From the NCBI GenBank assembly GCA_041661605.1, contig JBAZUE010000003.1, forward strand, positions 13,934-77,933: 64,000 bases of DNA, given 5' to 3'. Positions 62,757 through 64,000 of the stretch are shown one piece after another. The notes beneath the pieces are model-generated. The model made no database searches. It had not been told where the DNA came from and worked only from the letters and a program-made list of their open reading frames with translations. Position 1 is the first letter of the stretch. Each line of letters starts with the position of its first letter. The stretch comes from Candidatus Omnitrophota bacterium (GTDB taxonomy: Bacteria > Omnitrophota > Gorgyraeia > Gygaellales > Profunditerraquicolaceae). A program made the translations under genes and the position numbers.

Positions 62757-62790
62757 TAAAATAAAAGAGGGAGAAAAATTCTCCCTCTTT
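62757..62790 (-). terminator. Rho-independent terminator (bidirectional-looking)
   Basis: Minus strand reads AAGAGGGAGAA-TTTT-TCTCCCTCTT followed by TTATTTTAATT. It lies between the 131-aa gene and the 728-aa gene. Confidence 0.6.
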
Positions 62791-62830
62791 TGACAAAATT
62801 ACCTCAACCTTTTTACTTTTCATCGGGTTC

Positions 62831-63226
62831 TTAACGTTCTTTTTTTAAAGTGCACCTTAACATTTCTACCCCGGCATGTAAGGAAATAAATTTCTTCCAT
62901 AAGCAGTCTACGTCGCTTGGCGTTATCTCAAACTTAAATCCTTCCATCCCTTCCTTAATGCCTTTAGTCACGAAATCACGAATCTGTAAAAGTTGCCGTG
63001 CGCGGCAGTCTTTCCTTTTCAGATACTCATCTACTTTTACGCAACCTTCCGCGAAAAGCAGGTGGCCTTCATAAGACATACCCTTAAGAAAATCTTGGTA
63101 ATACGGTAATTCTTGAAGATCCTTGTAGACCCTCATAAACACTTTTATTATCAAGCGTAACAACGGTCTGTCTAATGCCTTTAATTTCTTATCCAAATCT
63201 TTCACTAAGTATTTTTTTTGCCTCAT
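62831..63226 (-). CDS. 131-aa protein of unknown function
   Basis: Track ORF preceded by AAAGGAGGAGAAG. No motif recognised. Confidence 0.5.
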   Translation of the reverse strand: MRQKKYLVKDLDKKLKALDRPLLRLIIKVFMRVYKDLQELPYYQDFLKGMSYEGHLLFAEGCVKVDEYLKRKDCRARQLLQIRDFVTKGIKEGMEGFKFEITPSDVDCLWKKFISLHAGVEMLRCTLKKER

Positions 63227-63360
63227 CTTCTCCTCCTTTTATAAGGTTCAATCTACCCTCTAAGACCATCCTAAAGAGCAAATTTCACCTCACAAAAAGA
63301 GGAAAAATTCAGTTTTAAAAGAGCAGTGAATTACCTGGCTAAATACTAACACCTTCTAAA

Positions 63361-63882
63361 TCATTTGTCAAGACGAGGGAAAATCGGGAATTTTCCCTGT
63401 TTTTTCAGAAGACAAACTCCCAGGCCCGCGCTGTCAAAGGCGTGGCCCCAGTAGATTTCCTTGTATCTTCGGTCCTGATTGAGACGAATTCTAAGCTCCG
63501 GATAGATGGAGCAGATTACCTTGGCCATGTCTTTCTTAGTGGCGTTGCCATTGCCGCAAACTATCTTTCTTGCGGTCCGCGGCGAAAACTCATAAATCTT
63601 TATCTTTCTTTTTCTGGCGAGGCATCTTATTTCCTCAATCACTACATCCAGGAATCTCGACTGCTTGCTCCAGAAGAAAAATGGCTTTTCGATAACCAGA
63701 ACCTTCGGAGCGTAATCATTAATCAACGAAGAAAAAATTCTTTTGACCTCTTCCAATCTTTTCCTGGGAGAACCTTTGGTAGAGAGGATTTTTACCAGGG
63801 AAACGATGATCTCCGCTCCTTCAAAGACTGTCACTCCCCAGTATCTCGTTCCTGGGTCAACGGCGATAATTCTTTTTATCAT
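63361..63882 (-). CDS. RuvC-like Holliday-junction resolvase / RNase-H-fold nuclease
   Basis: 173-aa ORF with IIAVDPGT (Asp1), VLVIEKPFF (Glu) and HAFDSAGLG (His/Asp), in the RuvC order. Confidence 0.7.
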   Translation of the reverse strand: MIKRIIAVDPGTRYWGVTVFEGAEIIVSLVKILSTKGSPRKRLEEVKRIFSSLINDYAPKVLVIEKPFFFWSKQSRFLDVVIEEIRCLARKRKIKIYEFSPRTARKIVCGNGNATKKDMAKVICSIYPELRIRLNQDRRYKEIYWGHAFDSAGLGVCLLKKQGKFPIFPRLDK

Positions 63883-64000
63883 GATTTTGAATTAGATAAT
63901 TAAACAGCGCTCCTTTCGACTTTTTGATTTTCTTTTCCGGAAATTGCTTTACCCGGCCGTAGATTTCCCTTAAAAGCTTTTCCGGATATTTCCGGCAGAC
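63857..64000 (-). CDS. C-terminal 47 codons of an ORF that starts beyond the window end
   Basis: Hand translation gives ...VCRKYPEKLLREIYGRVKQFPEKKIKKSKGALFNYLIQNHDKKNYRR-stop. It overlaps the RuvC-like start. Function unknown. Confidence 0.35.
   Translation of the reverse strand, partial: VCRKYPEKLLREIYGRVKQFPEKKIKKSKGALFNYLIQNHDKKNYRR

Larger units (their letters stand above)
52817..64000. mobile_element. Integrated serine-recombinase element (ICE/IME- or plasmid-like); left junction inside comEC, right end beyond the window
   Basis: The recombinase and excisionase-like genes sit at the junction with a truncated comEC. Replic_Relax, a TraD/HerA-like ATPase and RuvC-like genes follow. Composition is mosaic in hand-counted 60-nt lines: about 60% G+C at 53.46 and 58.60 kb, and about 25-30% at 60.6 and 61.7 kb. 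Backbone lines give about 37-45%. Confidence 0.7.

Noticed and set aside
1-64000. Search for CRISPR arrays, rRNA, tRNA, tmRNA and transposase/IS elements
   Set aside because: Intergenic regions are short, at most about 200 bp. None showed regularly spaced direct repeats, cloverleaf-like structure or terminal inverted repeats. A proper tRNAscan, Infernal or CRISPR-finder run is needed to confirm their absence.

Overview
A 64-kb window from a low-GC genome. Hand counts of single 60-nt lines give about 37-45% G+C in the backbone. The gene content points to a diderm, strictly anaerobic bacterium: LptE, BamD, Lnt, an LpxL-family acyltransferase and a TonB-dependent receptor, together with rubredoxin, superoxide reductase, a flavodiiron protein and Hcp. 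It is probably an uncultivated lineage, but that is inference only. All calls rest on motif recognition and hand translation; no homology search was run. Almost all genes are on the minus strand in tight, often 4-nt-overlapping operons.

Backbone (1-52.8 kb):
- nadA (partial), mnmA and a csp gene.
- A TonB-dependent receptor whose consensus, apparently leaderless promoter overlaps a BirA-operator-like palindrome next to birA.
- A sulfur-mobilisation operon: AIR-synthase-like protein, NifS, LarE-like protein and NifU.
- A 14-gene oxygen/NO-stress island. It includes a 53-aa rubredoxin missing from the ORF track.
- Permeases.
- An uncharacterised amino-modification cluster whose leader holds two tandem 42-nt repeats. 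Each repeat encodes a 12-codon mini-ORF.
- An AmmeMemoRadiSam radical SAM enzyme, bioY, envelope genes and secA.
- prfB, whose programmed +1 frameshift site I located by hand.
- pilT with a processive GT2 synthase and a PEGA protein.
- A short uvrC coupled to a mini-MGMT, then murJ, rpsT, holA, lptE and bamD.

Integrated element (from about 52.83 kb to the window end):
- It interrupts comEC and runs off the window.
- It encodes a large serine recombinase and an excisionase-like HTH protein.
- Next comes a vWA protein with a membrane J-domain protein and a zinc-ribbon membrane protein.
- It then encodes a Replic_Relax protein, a TraD/HerA-like ATPase and a NYN protein.
- The remaining genes are a strongly AT-rich 728-aa orphan, a 131-aa unknown and a RuvC-like nuclease.

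The vWA/J-domain module and the 728-aa orphan on this element are the best candidates for an undescribed accessory system. I found no rRNA, tRNA or CRISPR array by eye.
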